Shown: positions 39,171 through 53,509, numbered from the stretch's first letter. The stretch: DNA of 64,000 bases from Octopus sinensis (GCF_006345805.1 NC_043003.1:15004001-15068000); one strand, 5' to 3'. Notes: a model not told the origin generated them from the sequence alone. Numbers and translations: made by a program.

Positions 39171-39194
39171 TAAAAATAAATGACAATAATAATA

Positions 39195-39890
39195 ATAATT
39201 GATCTCCTAGATACCTACCAGATTGATCAGGTTGAAGGAAATGCTCCAACTGCTGCTGCAAAGAAAATAAAATTAATTGCAAAGACAAAAGCACATGAAA
39301 AATTAGCTAGCAGATGGGAACAGAAACCTCTCCATGGCAAGTATGTGGCCCGTAGCAAACAAGCTGATGTCGACCAGAAACACACACACCAATGGTTACG
39401 AAGCTCAGGGCTAAAAGCAGAGAGTGAAGATTTCATATTAGCTGCTCAAGACCAAAGCTAATTGACCCAGAACTCCCAAGCCAATGTGATAAAAAATGGA
39501 GCTGACCCAAAATGCCGATTCTGTAACGATGAGATTGAAACTATAGACCACCTAATCTCAGGGTGTAGAGTCTTAGCACCTGCAGAATATAAAGCGAGAC
39601 ATGACAGAGTTGGCCAGTATTTACACTGGACAATATGTCGGTATTATAAAATCAAAACCGCTGACAAATGGTATAAACATCATCCTGAAGCTGTGACTGA
39701 GGGAGAAAAATGTGTCGATTCTCCGGGACCTCCCCTTACATACCGACAAAACTATAAAAGCTAATAAACCTGATATTATTAAAAAGATCAGATAAAAAAA
39801 AGTGTGTTTATTAATTGACATGAGCATTCCTTGCAATCACAATATAGCGGCGAAAGATTTTGACAAGATCAGTAAATAGAAAGACTTACT
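39195..39890 (+). mobile_element. R4/Dong-like LINE fragment (CCHC and endonuclease region)
   Basis: WEQKPLHGKY...WLRSSGLKAESEDFILAAQDQ and CRFCNDEIETIDHLISGC...RHDRVGQYLHW; begins after (TAA)n. Confidence 0.85.
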
Positions 39891-40275
39891 ACGATAAGTG
39901 CATCTCTGATCACGAGCAGAAATAATTAGGGAGCATTGTTGTCATGTGTTGAGAGGAATTATTTAGGGTTTGGATAATTCACCATTGGAAACATGGGTGT
40001 TTCATTCAAAATCCTTAAACAATCTTTATTCGGGGTTGTGATGCTCCCCCATTACTTCTGCTCATGATCAGAGATGCACATATCATCAGCCACTAAGGGA
40101 CATGCTCAACTGGTTAAGGTCAAACAACTGACAAGCAAATCTGTGGTATTGAGCAGAATATTTGCTGTAGCCCATCTTTTATACCAAGACAAAACAATGT
40201 ACAGGATAACACTTCCAATCAGTTAAGATCAGAAGCCATGAGAGCCTCTGCCTGGTACTGCATCAGGGCATTTAC

Positions 40276-40311
<36 letters not shown>

Positions 40312-40530
40312 GGCATTGAGATGGCTGAATCGTTAGTACACTCGATGAAATGCTCAGTGGTATTTCACCCGTCTCTATATTCTGAGTTCAAATTCCACCA
40401 AGGTCAACTTTGCCTTTCATCATGTCAGGATCGCTAAATCAAATACCAGTTGAATATTGGGGTCGATGTAATTGACTCATCATCACCTACCCCAAGCTAC
40501 CCTTGTGGCTAAAATTTGAAACAATGATTA

Positions 40531-40615
<85 letters not shown>

Positions 40616-40618
<3 letters not shown>

Positions 40619-40766
40619 GTGCTGGAGTGGCTGTGTGGTAAGTAGCTTGCTTACCAACCGTATGGTTCAGAGTTCATTCCTACTGTGTGGCACCTCGGGC
40701 CGACCAAAGCCTTGTGATTGGATTTGGTAGACAAAAATTGAAAGAAGCCCGTTGTATATATGGTTG

Positions 40767-40811
<45 letters not shown>

Positions 40812-40996
40812 GTCTTTGTCCCCACCAACATTGCTTGACAACCGATGCTGGTGTGTTTGCATTCCCATAACTTAGCGGTTTGACAAAAGAGACCGATAGA
40901 ATAAGTACTAGGCTTACAAAGAATAAGTCCTGGGGTCGATTGATTTGCTCGACTAAAGGTGGTAAAATGACTGAAACAAGTAAAAGAGAGTAAAGA
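40616..40996 (+). mobile_element. SINE family S1
   Basis: Match to the other S1 copies; flanked by (TAG)n. Confidence 0.8.
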
Positions 40997-41004
40997 GTAG
41001 TAGC

Positions 41005-41057
<53 letters not shown>

Positions 41058-41086
41058 AAGCGGCAGCAGCAGTAGTAGTAGTAGTA

Positions 41087-41137
<51 letters not shown>

Positions 41138-41160
41138 CGGCAGCAGCAGCAGCAGTAGTG

Positions 41161-41206
<46 letters not shown>

Positions 41207-41226
41207 CAGCAGCAGCAGCAGCAGTA

Positions 41227-41258
<32 letters not shown>

Positions 41259-42174
41259 TGCCACCAGATCGATAAATGAGGGGACAACACAAAGACATAT
41301 TGATTGAGGAGATTTTCATAGAATGGAATGAATTAGAAAAAACAAAAAACAAAAGAGAACTGGTATACCTAGCACACAGCATTATCAAAAGTAATGTATG
41401 CAAGCATACGTACGTCATATACTACAGAGCCTTCCTTAAAGGAGATGATGTAACATTAGAAGAAAATCTCAAACATTTGAGTTAATAGTTCTGCATCGCA
41501 GCAACTCAGTTACTGTGTCTTGTGTTCCTCCACACAGCTTCCAAAAGCATTAAAAACAAACGAATAAATAAATAAATATATAGAACATAGAAATCTGCAA
41601 ATTGAGTGGAATGTTCCTCTATAGTGGCACTACACTTCACACAAACAAACGCCACCTGAAGGTGTGATCAAAGTGGTCCTCGATTAGATTAAATCCTAAC
41701 ATTTCCAGTACTAGATGTCTGTTGAAGCAAAGATAACTATGACCATACAATGACAATAATAACCATACAGACTTTAGTTTATTAGGAAATTCTTCAACAA
41801 AGCCAGAAACTTTCTACAGACACTGCTGCAGAACAATGGCATAGATTGCTTTAGACGTTGGATAAATATTCATGAATCCTTAAGCTATTGAAAAAAAAAA
41901 AAAAAAAACTCTGTTTATTTCAAAACTGAACTTGTTGGTTCATGCCGTTTCTTTCAGATAAGCATGAATTAATGTCTTGGATTTATAAATTAATGTATTT
42001 TACTAGTTCAGGCTTAAGATTATGCAAGATGGAACCAGACTTTTAACTGGTAAATAAGAGATGTGTTCCTATACATTTATATATACACACACACATATAC
42101 ACATAATGTGTGCGTATATATGTATGTATGTATGTATGTGTGTGTGTGTGTATATATATATATGTATATATGTG

Positions 42175-43871
42175 TGTGTGTGTGTGCATATATTATAATA
42201 ACATGACAACAAAAGAATGAATGAGACCTATGTATATGTATTTGTGTGTCTGTGTTTGCCCCCCACCCCCACTCATCGCTTTACAACCGATGCTGGTGTG
42301 TTTATGTCCCCGTAACTTAGCAATCCAACAAAAGAGACTGATGGATAAGTACTAGGCTTACAAAGAATAAGTCCTGGGGTCGAATTGTTCGACTAAAGGC
42401 GGTGCTCCAGCATGGCTACAGTCAAATGACTGAAACAATTAAAAGAACATAGAAACACAAGTGAAGGCCCATGGCTTAGTGGTCAGGGTATTCAGCTTAT
42501 GATTGTAAGGCCTTGAGTTCAATTCCCAGTGATGTAGTGTATGTTTGAGCAAGGTTCTTTTGGCAAAACTAAGTGGTACCTGTAATTCAAAGGGTCCAAC
42601 CTTGTCACGTTCTGTGTCATGCTGAATCTCCCTGAGAACTACGTGTGTCTGTGGAATGTCTGTGGAGTACTCAGCCACTTGTATGTTAATATCACAAGAA
42701 GGCTGTTCCACTGATCAGATCAATAGGAACCCTCATCATCATATCTGACAGAGAGGCGGTTAGTTATTTATATTCTAACCTCCCTCCACTGCTTTACACA
42801 CTAGTTTTTATAGGTGCAACTATGGCTGTGTGGTTAAGAAGCTTGCTTTCCAGTCTTGAGATTTCAGGTTCAGTCCCACAGCATGGCATCTTAGGCAAAT
42901 ATCTTCTATTACAGCCCCGGGCTGACCAATGCTTTGTGAAAAAGTTTGGTTAACAGAAATTGTGAGGAACCCCATCTTATGTGTGTGTGTGTGTATATAT
43001 ATATATGTATATATGTGTGTGTGTGTGAGTGTGTGTGTGTGTGAGTGTGTGTGTGTGTGTGTGTGAGTGTGTGTGTGTGTGCATATATTATAATAACATG
43101 ACAACAAAAGAATGAATGAGACCTATGTATATGTATTTGTGTGTCTGTGTTTGCCCCCCACCCCCACTCATCGCTTTACAACCGATGCTGGTGTGTTTAT
43201 GTCCCCGTAACTTAGCAATCCAACAAAAGAGACTGATGGATAAGTACTAGGCTTACAAAGAATAAGTCCTGGGGTCGAATTGTTCGACTAAAGGCGGTGC
43301 TCCAGCATGGCTACAGTCAATGACTGAAACAATTAAAAGAACATAGAAACACAAGTGAAGGCCATGGCTTAGTGGTCAGGGTATTCAGCTTATGATTGTA
43401 AGGCCTTGAGTTCAATTCCAGTGATGTAGTGTATGTTTGAGCAAGGTTCTTTTGGCAAAACTAAGTGGTACCTGTAATTCAAAGGGTCCAACCTTGTCAC
43501 GTTCTGTGTCATGCTGAATCTCCCTGAGAACTACGTGTGTCTGTGGAATGTCTGTGGAGTACTCAGCCACTTGTATGTTAATATCACAAGAAGGCTGTTC
43601 CACTGATCAGATCAATAGGAACCCTCGTCATCATATCTGACAGAGAGGCGGTTAGTTATTTATATTCTAACCTCCCTCCACTGCTTTACACACTAGTTTT
43701 TATAGGTGCAACTATGGCTGTGTGGTTAAGAAGCTTGCTTTCCAGTCTTGAGATTTCAGGTTCAGTCCCACAGCATGGCATCTTAGGCAAATATCTTCTA
43801 TTACAGCCCCGGGCTGACCAATGCTTTGTGAAAAAGTTTGGTTAACAGAAATTGTGAGGAACCCCATCTTA

Positions 43872-43885
<14 letters not shown>
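42175..43885. repeat. Near-identical ~895-bp tandem duplication of a SINE mosaic
   Basis: GTGCATATATTATAATAACATGAC occurs at ~42184 and ~43079, and the following ~800 bp match almost base for base. Confidence 0.9.
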
Positions 43886-43937
<52 letters not shown>

Positions 43938-43938
<1 letters not shown>

Positions 43939-44116
43939 GGCATAGGAGTGGCTGTCTGGTAAGTAGCTTACTTACGAACCACATAGTTCCGGGTTCAGTC
44001 CCACTGCATGGCACCTTGGGCAAGTGTCTTCTACTATAGCCTCAGGGCCAGCCAAAACCTTCTGAGTGGATTTGGTAGATGGAAACTGAAAGAAGTTCAT
44101 CATATATATGTATATA

Positions 44117-44147
<31 letters not shown>

Positions 44148-44536
44148 GTATATATATACATGTATGTATATATAGGCATAGGAGTGGCTGTCTGGTAAGT
44201 AGCTTACTTACGAACCACATAGTTCCGGGTTCAGTCCCACTGCATGGCACCTTGGGCAAGTGTCTTCTACTATAGCCTCAGGGCCAGCCAAAACCTTCTG
44301 AGTGGATTTGGTAGATGGAAACTGAAAGAAGTTCATCATATATATGTATATATATACATGTATGTATATATAGGCATAGGAGTGGCTGTCTGGTAAGTAG
44401 CTTACTTACGAACCACATAGTTCCGGGTTCAGTCCCACTGCATGGCACCTTGGGCAAGTGTCTTCTACTATAGCCTCAGGGCCAGCCAAAACCTTCTGAG
44501 TGGATTTGGTAGATGGAAACTGAAAGAAGTTCATCA
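43938..44536 (+). repeat. Three identical tandem copies of the S1 SINE 5' half
   Basis: AGGCATAGGAGTGGCTGTCTGG...GAAAGAAGTTCATCAT at ~43938, ~44174 and ~44372, all sharing private variants. Confidence 0.9.
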
Positions 44537-44572
44537 TATATATGTATATATATATATGTATATATATATATG

Positions 44573-44886
<314 letters not shown>

Positions 44887-44924
44887 AATATATATAGAGA
44901 GAGAGGGGGGAAACAGACAAAGAC

Positions 44925-44955
<31 letters not shown>

Positions 44956-45048
44956 TAGACAAAGAGATAGATAGATAGAGAGAGAGAGAGAGATGGAGAG
45001 ATAGATAGACAGAGAGAGAGAGAGATAGAAACGTAGATAGTTAGCAAG

Positions 45049-45084
<36 letters not shown>

Positions 45085-45126
45085 GAGAGAGAGAGAGAGA
45101 GAGATTGATAGATAATAAATAAATAA

Positions 45127-45179
<53 letters not shown>

Positions 45180-45492
45180 AAAGATAGTTGAGTTTGTGTT
45201 TGTGTGTAGGTAAGTTAAAAATCCTCTAGCTATTGAGTTGTTTCTGTTTGTCTCCAACTCAAATGTCATTCTTTCAGTCCATAAATTGTTCTATTCATCC
45301 CAATATGTTACAGGTACAATAAGGAGATGCAAAGCTAAATTAACCTCACTAGAGGCGGAATCATCATCATCATCGTCATCATCAGCATCATCATCATCAT
45401 CTTTGTTATTATCATCATTTTAACGTCTGCTTTTCCATGCTTGCATAGCTCAAACATGGCTTGATTGTCAAATTTTCAAATTCCTGAAATAT

Positions 45493-45530
<38 letters not shown>

Positions 45531-46054
45531 TTAACATCTGGTTTCCATGTTGGCATGGGTCGGATGGTTTGATTCAGAACTGGCAAGCTGGAAGGCTGTA
45601 CCAGGTACCAATCTGATTTGGCAAGGTTTCTACAGCTGGACGCCCTTCCTAACGCCAACCACTCTGAGAGTGTAGTCGGTGCCTTTTATGTGCCACCGGC
45701 CCAGGAATCAGACAGATGGTACTGGCATTGGCCATGTTCAAGTGGTGCTTCCTAAATGCCACTTGCACAGGTGCCAGTCGTGCAGCACTGGCATTGACCA
45801 CACTCGGATGGAGCTTTTTACGTGTCACTGGCATGAGTGCCAGTCAGGTGGAACTGGCATCAGTCACACTCAAATGGTGCTTTTTACATGCCACCTGCAT
45901 GGGTGCCAGTTGTACAGAACTGGCATTGGCCACACTCAAATGGTGCTTTTTACATGCCACCAACATGGGTGCCAGTCAGGTGGCACTGGTATCAGCCACA
46001 CTCGAATGGTAAAAGCCAAATGGCTGATTTGTTATGATATATTGTACAAGTACA

Positions 46055-46228
46055 TAGGCGCAGGAGTGGCTGTGTGGTAAGTAGCTTGCTAACCAACCAC
46101 ATGGTTCCGGGTTCAGTCCTACTGCGTGGCATCTTGGGCAAGTGTCTTCTGCTATAGCCCCGGGCCAACCAATGCCTTGTGAGTGGATTTGGTAGACAGA
46201 AACTGAAAAGAAGCCTGTCGTATATATG

Positions 46229-46263
<35 letters not shown>

Positions 46264-46458
46264 ATGTGTTTGTGTGTCTATATTTGTCCCCCTAGCATTG
46301 CTTGACAATCAATACTGGTGTGTTTACATCCTTGTAACTTAGTGGTTCGGCAAAAGAGATCGATAGAATAAGTACTGGGCTTACAAAGAATAAGTCCCGG
46401 GGTCGATTTGCTCGACTAAAGGCGGTGCTCCAGCATGGCCACAGTCAAATGACTGAAA
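46055..46458 (+). mobile_element. SINE family S1, near full-length
   Basis: Complete head-to-tail match with the other S1 copies. Confidence 0.85.
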
Positions 46459-46499
46459 TCTGGCCTGGAAATAATTTTCCATAAGCTAGTTGAGGGCTC

Positions 46500-46797
46500 C
46501 TGGTTGATAACCAGGAGAATTCATCTATGAAGCAATTGCCCCAGCTCCTCTTCAGGGTTGGTGAAAGCGATGTGGTGGACAGCGAAAAACCTGGCTGATG
46601 ACAGTCAAGGCTGATCTTGGAACCCAGCCTAGGCCCCCATATCTATGGCACTCGCCACTGGAATAAGGAGTGGCTGGAGGTCATGTGGTCATTAGCCTTA
46701 AATCGCCAGGTCTGGTTGGCATTTGTGAGAGATGCAGCATTGAGGATGAATGAAGCCAGCTCAACCCACCCCGGATGAATGCTGTCTCAAGACAAGA
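46500..46797 (+). mobile_element. RTE-clade LINE 3' end remnant
   Basis: Translates to ...VKADLGTQP (frameshift) LGPHIYGTRHWNKEWLEVMWSLALNRQVWLAFVRDAALRMNEASSTHPG*, resembling RTE C-termini; ends in a short CAAG repeat. Confidence 0.6.
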
Positions 46798-48898
46798 AGT
46801 TGAGGACCTTCTGTGAGTTGCTCTGGACCTTGAGAATCCAGAATCTTTGAGCCGCATTTTTCGGATGCTAAACCATGTCTCTACCTAAGCAGGTCATCCA
46901 AACCCAAAATATGCAGATCAACTCATCAGAGACACTGAAAGCCTTCCCAAAGACCTCATTCAACTAATGCAGAAGGACATGTGCAGGTTAAGAATGTCCA
47001 AGCAAGTTTTAACAAACGATGAGGATTAATTTAAAAGATGGCAGCCAGCCATTTGTAAATAAATTCAGATTTTACACTTGTGATTTGAATAATAAAATCG
47101 AATCTTTCTGTATTCATTGCAAATAGCAGGCTGTAAGCCTTTAGTGAAACTATCCCATAATGCACTTGGACTGAAACCAGCAAGAATGATTTTGTAGCAC
47201 TGAGATAACATGCTTTTATAATCTTCTATTAGTGGATGTTTTCTAAACCTGAGATAATATGCTTTTATTATCTGCTGTAACTGAATTTGCCCTTTGACAT
47301 CACTTTCAGATTGGCAAACAGAACATTTTCTGCAAACTATAAATGTTTCATCACTAAGGCTTTCATCGACATCTTTGTGGTCTTCATCATCTTCGTTGCT
47401 GCTGTTATCATCATCTCCACTGCTGCCTTTCCCATCTTTGTCATCTTTATCATATGATTGCCTTACCAGGCTGTTACAACCTCAGTTGTTCTTCTATCTC
47501 ATTTATGGAATCAAATAGGCTTATGAAAATAAACAATAAAGCAGATTTATAGAGGAACATTTTACTGTGATATTAACACTAGATATTTAAGCATTCACGA
47601 AATGGCCATCATCATGTTATATACCAAACACCTTCAAGTAATTACAGAAAGTGATGTTGCCATGCAAATGATAAAAAAGAACAATAGATTAAATAACATA
47701 AAAATAATGTTCAAACCCTAGAAAATTGTCCTTCATTGCCTTTAACACATAAAATTGTCCTCTATTGATGGCAAGTAATAATTCATTGACACCAGATACA
47801 ACACATGTCACCAGGAAACAAAATGATACATCTTAGCATTCTATATATCTTACTTAACCTGTATATACTGTAAGAAAGCCACGGAACGGTGGAATTTGTC
47901 TCAAGAAAGCGTCTCATATAGATGTATAGTACAGAAGTGCACCATTATAAGATGAAAAGCAAACAACTATGACAGAATTGTTAAATTTTGACTTCCACCT
48001 CTTTGCTCATTATCTGCAGCAGTTGTCCACTATCAACTGTATGCTTAAACTGTTATTTCTATTGTTATAGAAAAATGGTGATTAACAAATCCCTGGTGTT
48101 GCAAATATTCAGCAGGCTCAGTAAAAATAGCATTCTGTATATCTTACTTAACATGGACATGCTGTAGAAAGCCCAGAAAACTGCAGTATTCCTTTTGGAA
48201 AAGCATCTCATATAGACATATAGAGTTAAAAAAGCAATGATGCGTATCAGTAGTAGATGAAAAGCATCTAGCAGCATTGGTGGAATTGCTAAACCTAGAT
48301 TTCTGTATCTTTGAGCCTCATCAGTAGTAGGTATCCATTGTCATCTCCGTGCTTAAATAAATATTGGTTCTATTGATATAGAAAAACAGTGATTAACAAA
48401 TCACTGGTGTTGCAAATAACTGGCAGTTTCAGTAAAAATATGTTATTAGTGATGGAAGGAGTATTAGTTCAAAATAGCATTCTGTATATATTACTTAATG
48501 TGGATATATTGTAGAAAGCCCAGAAAACTGCAGTATTCATTTTGAGAAAGCATCTCATATAGATAAACATCATCATTATCATCATCACCATTTAGCATCC
48601 GCTTTCCATGCTAGCATGGGTTGGACGGTTCAACTGGGGTCTGTGAAGCCAGAAGGCTGCATCAGGCCCAGTCTGATCTGACAGTGTTTCTACGGCTGGA
48701 TGCCCTTCCTAACACCAACCACTCCGTGAGTGTAGTGGGTGCTTTTTACGTTCCACCCACACAGGTGTCGAAAAGCACCAAAATGTATCAGCTATCAGTT
48801 CATAGGAGATTGTTTTTCTTTTATGCACACACAAACACGTGTGTATGTGTATGTATGCATGCATGTGTATATGTTTGTATATATATGTATATGTGTGT

Positions 48899-48935
<37 letters not shown>

Positions 48936-49488
48936 GCTGGGTGGAAGTGGATTTTGTCTGTTCAACAGATTACTGAGGTACTGCTGACTATTGTATCTTT
49001 CATTTCAATGTAAAGAACAAGATGAAGGCAGCGAGCTGGCAGAATCGTTAGCATGCCGGACAAAATGCTTAATGGCATTTCGTATGTCTATATATATTAC
49101 ATATATATATCTTATACATACGCATACATATACGTATGTATGTATATACATATATATGTGTATAATCATCATCATCATCATTTAACGTCCGTTTTCCATG
49201 CTAGCATGGGTTGGACGTTCCGACTGGGGTCTGGTAAACCATGGAGGCTGCACCAGGCTCTAGTCCGGTTTGGCAGTGTTTCTACAGCTGGATGCTCTTC
49301 CTAACACCAACCACTCCGTGAGTGTAGTGGGTATTTTTTATGTGCCACCGGCACAGGGGCCACTGCAGGCTGGCAAACGGCCGCGATCAGTTGGTGCTTT
49401 TACGTGTCACCGACACGGATGCCAGTCAGGCGGAGATGTACTTGCATAGCAAGTGACCTGATCTTAGATCGTGGGCTGAAACAAAACC

Positions 49489-49697
49489 AATTGCAGAGTG
49501 AAAGGTGATTTATAAGCCATTTAAAATCACATGGAAACCGTTAGATTCATGTCAACAGCACGGAATTTTGTCAGTGAACAGGTCGCAGTCTCAAAGCGAT
49601 GAACATATTTTGACAAATTAAATTTAAATGTTGAAGTAAATCTAATGGCTTTTATGCGTTTTTAAATGGCTTATAAACACCTTCCATGTTGTAATTG
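49489..49697. mobile_element. MITE-like element with long imperfect TIRs
   Basis: AATTGCAGAGTGAAAGGTGATTTATAAGCCATTTAAAA is mirrored by TTTTAAATGGCTTATAAACACCTTCCATGTTGTAATT. Confidence 0.6.
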
Positions 49698-50339
49698 TTT
49701 ACATACACACACACACACACACACACACATATACCTGCCCCCCCCCCCCACACACACACACATAGTGCCTATCAGCCTTTCTTTTCCTTCTTGGCCTCAC
49801 TACTCTCCTTCACAGCACCCCCACACCCCTCTGCCTCGTTTTCTCTCACTGTCACCCCCTTACACTTCTCTTATCTTCAACGACTCTCACCTGATCCTCA
49901 GCACCTCTCCCCACTCTCTATAACTTTCTCCCTCCTCCTCTCTCTCCCCCTTCCCATCTCCCTCTCTCTCTCTCTCTCTTTCCATGTTGCATTTCCTTGA
50001 CATCTTCTATTCATGCTCACCCTTATAATGTGGTTTTAACCTTGGAACACCCTTCACAACCCACCTTGTCAACCCCAGCACTTTGTTCTTCTGACATAGA
50101 TCCCATGTCTGTTCCCTATTCCATCCATTGTTCCTCCCTCAATCCTGTCTACATTAATCTCTCCATTATTCCATTACCACCATCTTATAATTAATTAAAT
50201 TGCAATACTTAATTAAATGTACATTAACCCTTTGATATTCAGATTATTCTATCAAATATAATCCTTATTTATTCAGAACTGCTTTCTTTAAGACTGACAT
50301 TGTAGGACAGGTATGAGGTTCTGGATTTGGCCAGTTTAA

Positions 50340-51064
50340 CCCTTTCGATACCAACCTGGCTGAAACTGCCTCTGGTTCTGTAGTATAAATGTCTTGATTT
50401 TAAAAGTCCATAATTAAAATCTTCCACAAAACCTCAGTCACAATTTATGTTCCTAACACTAGCTTAATGATAACTAAGTTATTTTACTAAATTCTTTGTT
50501 ATATTTAAAATTAATTGAAAGAAACACAGAGAATCTCAACTGAAATACGGTAACAAAAGGGTTAAAATATATAATAGAGAAACAATTCTTAACCCTTTCA
50601 TTACCAACCCAGCTGAAACTGCCTCTGGCTCTGCAGTATAAATGTCTTGTTTTCATAAGTTTTGAATTAAAATCTTCCACCAAACCTCAGTCACAATTTA
50701 TGTTTGTAACACTAGCTTAATGATAACCAAGTTATTTTACTGAATTCTTTGTTATATTTAAAATTAATTGAAAGAAACACAGTGTCTCAACAGAAATATG
50801 GTAACAAAATGGTTAAAATATATAATAGAGAAACAATTCTTAACCCTTTTGATATCAACCTGGCTGAAACCGCCTCTGGTTCTAAGTACAAATGTTTTGT
50901 TTTCAAAAGTCTTGAATTAAAATCTTCCACCAAACCCCAGTCACAATTTATGTTCCTAACACCAGCTTAATAATAACCAAGTTATTTTACTAAATTCTTT
51001 GTTAGATTTAAAATTAATTGAAAGAAACACAGAGCATCTCAAAATAAATACAGTAACAACAGGG
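50340..51064. mobile_element. Three tandem piggyBac-like MITEs (~222 bp each, ~252-bp period)
   Basis: Units read TTAA|CCCTTT...AAAAGGG|TTAA or close variants at 50340-50561, 50593-50812 and 50844-51064. A different TTAA|CCCTT-type repeat flanks them on both sides (50224-50339, 51070-51404). Confidence 0.75.
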
Positions 51065-51459
51065 TTTAACATTGATCCTTTAGAATTTGGATTTCTTCGT
51101 CAAATGTAATGCTTATTTATTCTCAATGCTTTGAATTAATTTTGTATTATCTCGTAGCTTTGAGATTTCAATGATGTGAGTCTTGTTGCATCTGGGGAGG
51201 GTCATAGTGCCTAAATATAACACACTCACCAGTTCTATTTCCACTTGTTAATTTATATATTTACTCCAGAAAGCTTTTGCATCACTGCATTTGCAACTGT
51301 ATCAATGGATTTTGACTCTGATGATGTGAATGTTACTTTTAAAATGACATTGTAAGGTAGGTGTGACAGGCTGGATCTGGACAGTTTAAACATTAAAGGG
51401 TTAAATGAAAATTTGGCAGTCATTTCTCAGCCAATCAAGGTTGTTTTAATTACACTTTT

Positions 51460-51667
51460 ACACTTTTATTTGTTTCAGTCATTTGACTGTGGTCATGCTG
51501 GAGCACCACCTTTAGTCAAACAAATCAATCCCAGGACTTATTCTTTGTAAGCCTAGTACTTATCCTATCAATCTCTTTTGCTGGACTGCTAAGTTACGGG
51601 GATGTAAACACACCAGCATCGGTTCTCAAGCAATGTTGGAGGGACAAACACAGACACACAAACATAT

Positions 51668-51711
<44 letters not shown>

Positions 51712-51870
51712 CATAAACGACGGGCTTCTTTCAGTTTCAGTCTACCAAATCCACTCACAAGGCTTTGGTTGTCCCGAGGCTATAGTAGAAGACACTTGCC
51801 CAAGGTGCCATGTAGTGGAACTGAACCCGGAACCATGTGGCTGGTAAGCAAGCTACTTACCACACAGCCA
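51460..51870 (-). mobile_element. SINE family S1
   Basis: Reverse-complement match. Confidence 0.85.
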
Positions 51871-51974
51871 GTCTACTTTTGATTTCTTGCATAGGTCAGA
51901 TGGAGTTCATTGAAGTAGCTCTGTGTGCCTTGGGTATGTGCTGTGATTTGTTGTGATTCTCTGATGGTTCCTGT

Positions 51975-52206
51975 ATTGAAAGTGTTTTGTGTAGGATGTG
52001 TGCAGTGCCTAGTAGTGCAATTTTCTGTATGTTATATGTGTTTGTAAGTCCTGGTGTTTTTGTTATGTATTTGTCTGAATATTTTTTTTATCATACCTAA
52101 TGCACCTACTATGATAGGAATTGTTTCTGTTTTTAGATTCCACATTCGTGTTACCTTTATTTCCAGGTCTTTGTATTTTGAAAGTTTCTCCATTTCTTTT
52201 AGATAC

Positions 52207-52207
<1 letters not shown>
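51975..52207 (-). mobile_element. R4/Dong-like LINE 3' fragment
   Basis: EKLSKYKDLEIKVTRMWNLKTETIPIIVGALGMIKK, followed after a frameshift by IQKIALLGTAHIL; abuts (TAA)n. Confidence 0.8.
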
Positions 52208-52245
<38 letters not shown>

Positions 52246-52499
52246 TAACTGCCTGGAATCGAACTCAGAATCTTGGGGTTAGTAGTCTGTGCTCTTAACA
52301 ACTACGCCATATGCCCGTGTAAATAATGTGCATAAGTCCTCATCTCTTAAATATAGAACTACACCTCAAAATATACCTTTTAATGTACCTGATTATACCT
52401 AAAACATGTCTAAATATATCTAAAGTTTACCTAATTATACCCAAAATATACCGAAAAATATACCCAAATATTGTCTCTAAAATTATACTCAAATACAGT

Positions 52500-53200
52500 T
52501 TTTAAGGTATTTTCCTTCTTCCTTGTTGACCTGAGGAATTTATCCTGACAAAAGAAGGTTCACTTAGCATGCAAAAGTTATAAATTGAAGTGCTTCCATC
52601 TTTATTTTAAGTGTTATTTTTGCCAAATAATGAATGGAGAGGTCAATATCTTGAACTGTAGATTAACATTATTTGGATAATATTGATTTTTTTTTTTCCC
52701 TGTTGTAAAACTAATGTAGTGTTCCTGCCATTTCTGGTTGCAGTAAAGTCCAGGAGCTTTAAGGGAATCCTAATAATTGAGTCCTGTCATGCCAATTTTG
52801 TTTTGCAATAATTGTGTCCTTTGGTGTTTTGATTCTTGTGATGTCTTGTTTTGATGTAAGGAGATCCCCGCAGAGTAGCAATACTCCAGATGAGACCCAA
52901 CAAAAGTAGTAAATGGGAAGGTGATGACAAACGAATTCTATGAATGGACCCCTCCAGCTCAAGGTATTGTCAACAGTAACTCCTAAATTCTAAATGTTAT
53001 TCAATATTGTGTGAGTTTTCCCTAAAGGGATGGTGTATGACTGATTAATCTTAAACTGTTTATGGAACCAGATGAGTTTAAATTTACCTTAGATCCCTCT
53101 TATGTTCTGCATCATGTTATTTTCTTTGGCTCACTGATCTACAACATGAAAACCATAACAGGTTTTAATACAATGAGTTATTCTATTAATGCCCTTCAAA
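52500..53200 (-). mobile_element. Highly decayed CR1/L2-like LINE ORF2 C-terminal fragment
   Basis: Minus strand, across frameshifts, gives SHLEYC, SPY..QDITRI and GMTGLNY, resembling the LEYC..WSP...DI..LE..QR....GL.Y block of CR1-group elements. Confidence 0.5.
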
Positions 53201-53509
53201 AGTTGGGAACCCTCTAAAAATATTTCTGTTTTTCTCTGATATGTTGAGAAATAAACAGTCTTGCCCTTCCTAACACCAACCACTCCAAGAGTGTAGCGTG
53301 TGCTTTTACGTGCCAGCGTCATTAGGGCCAGTCAGGTGGTATAGGCATTGGCCATGCTCAAATGGTGCTTTTTTCATACCACCTGCGCAATAGTCAGTCC
53401 GGCGGCACAAGGTTTTCTACAGCTGCTTCAGACACATTTTTTATTGATAAACAAATCAATTACACCATCTTTCGTTCAGGTGAATTAAAATTTGAACCTA
53501 AAATTTAAC

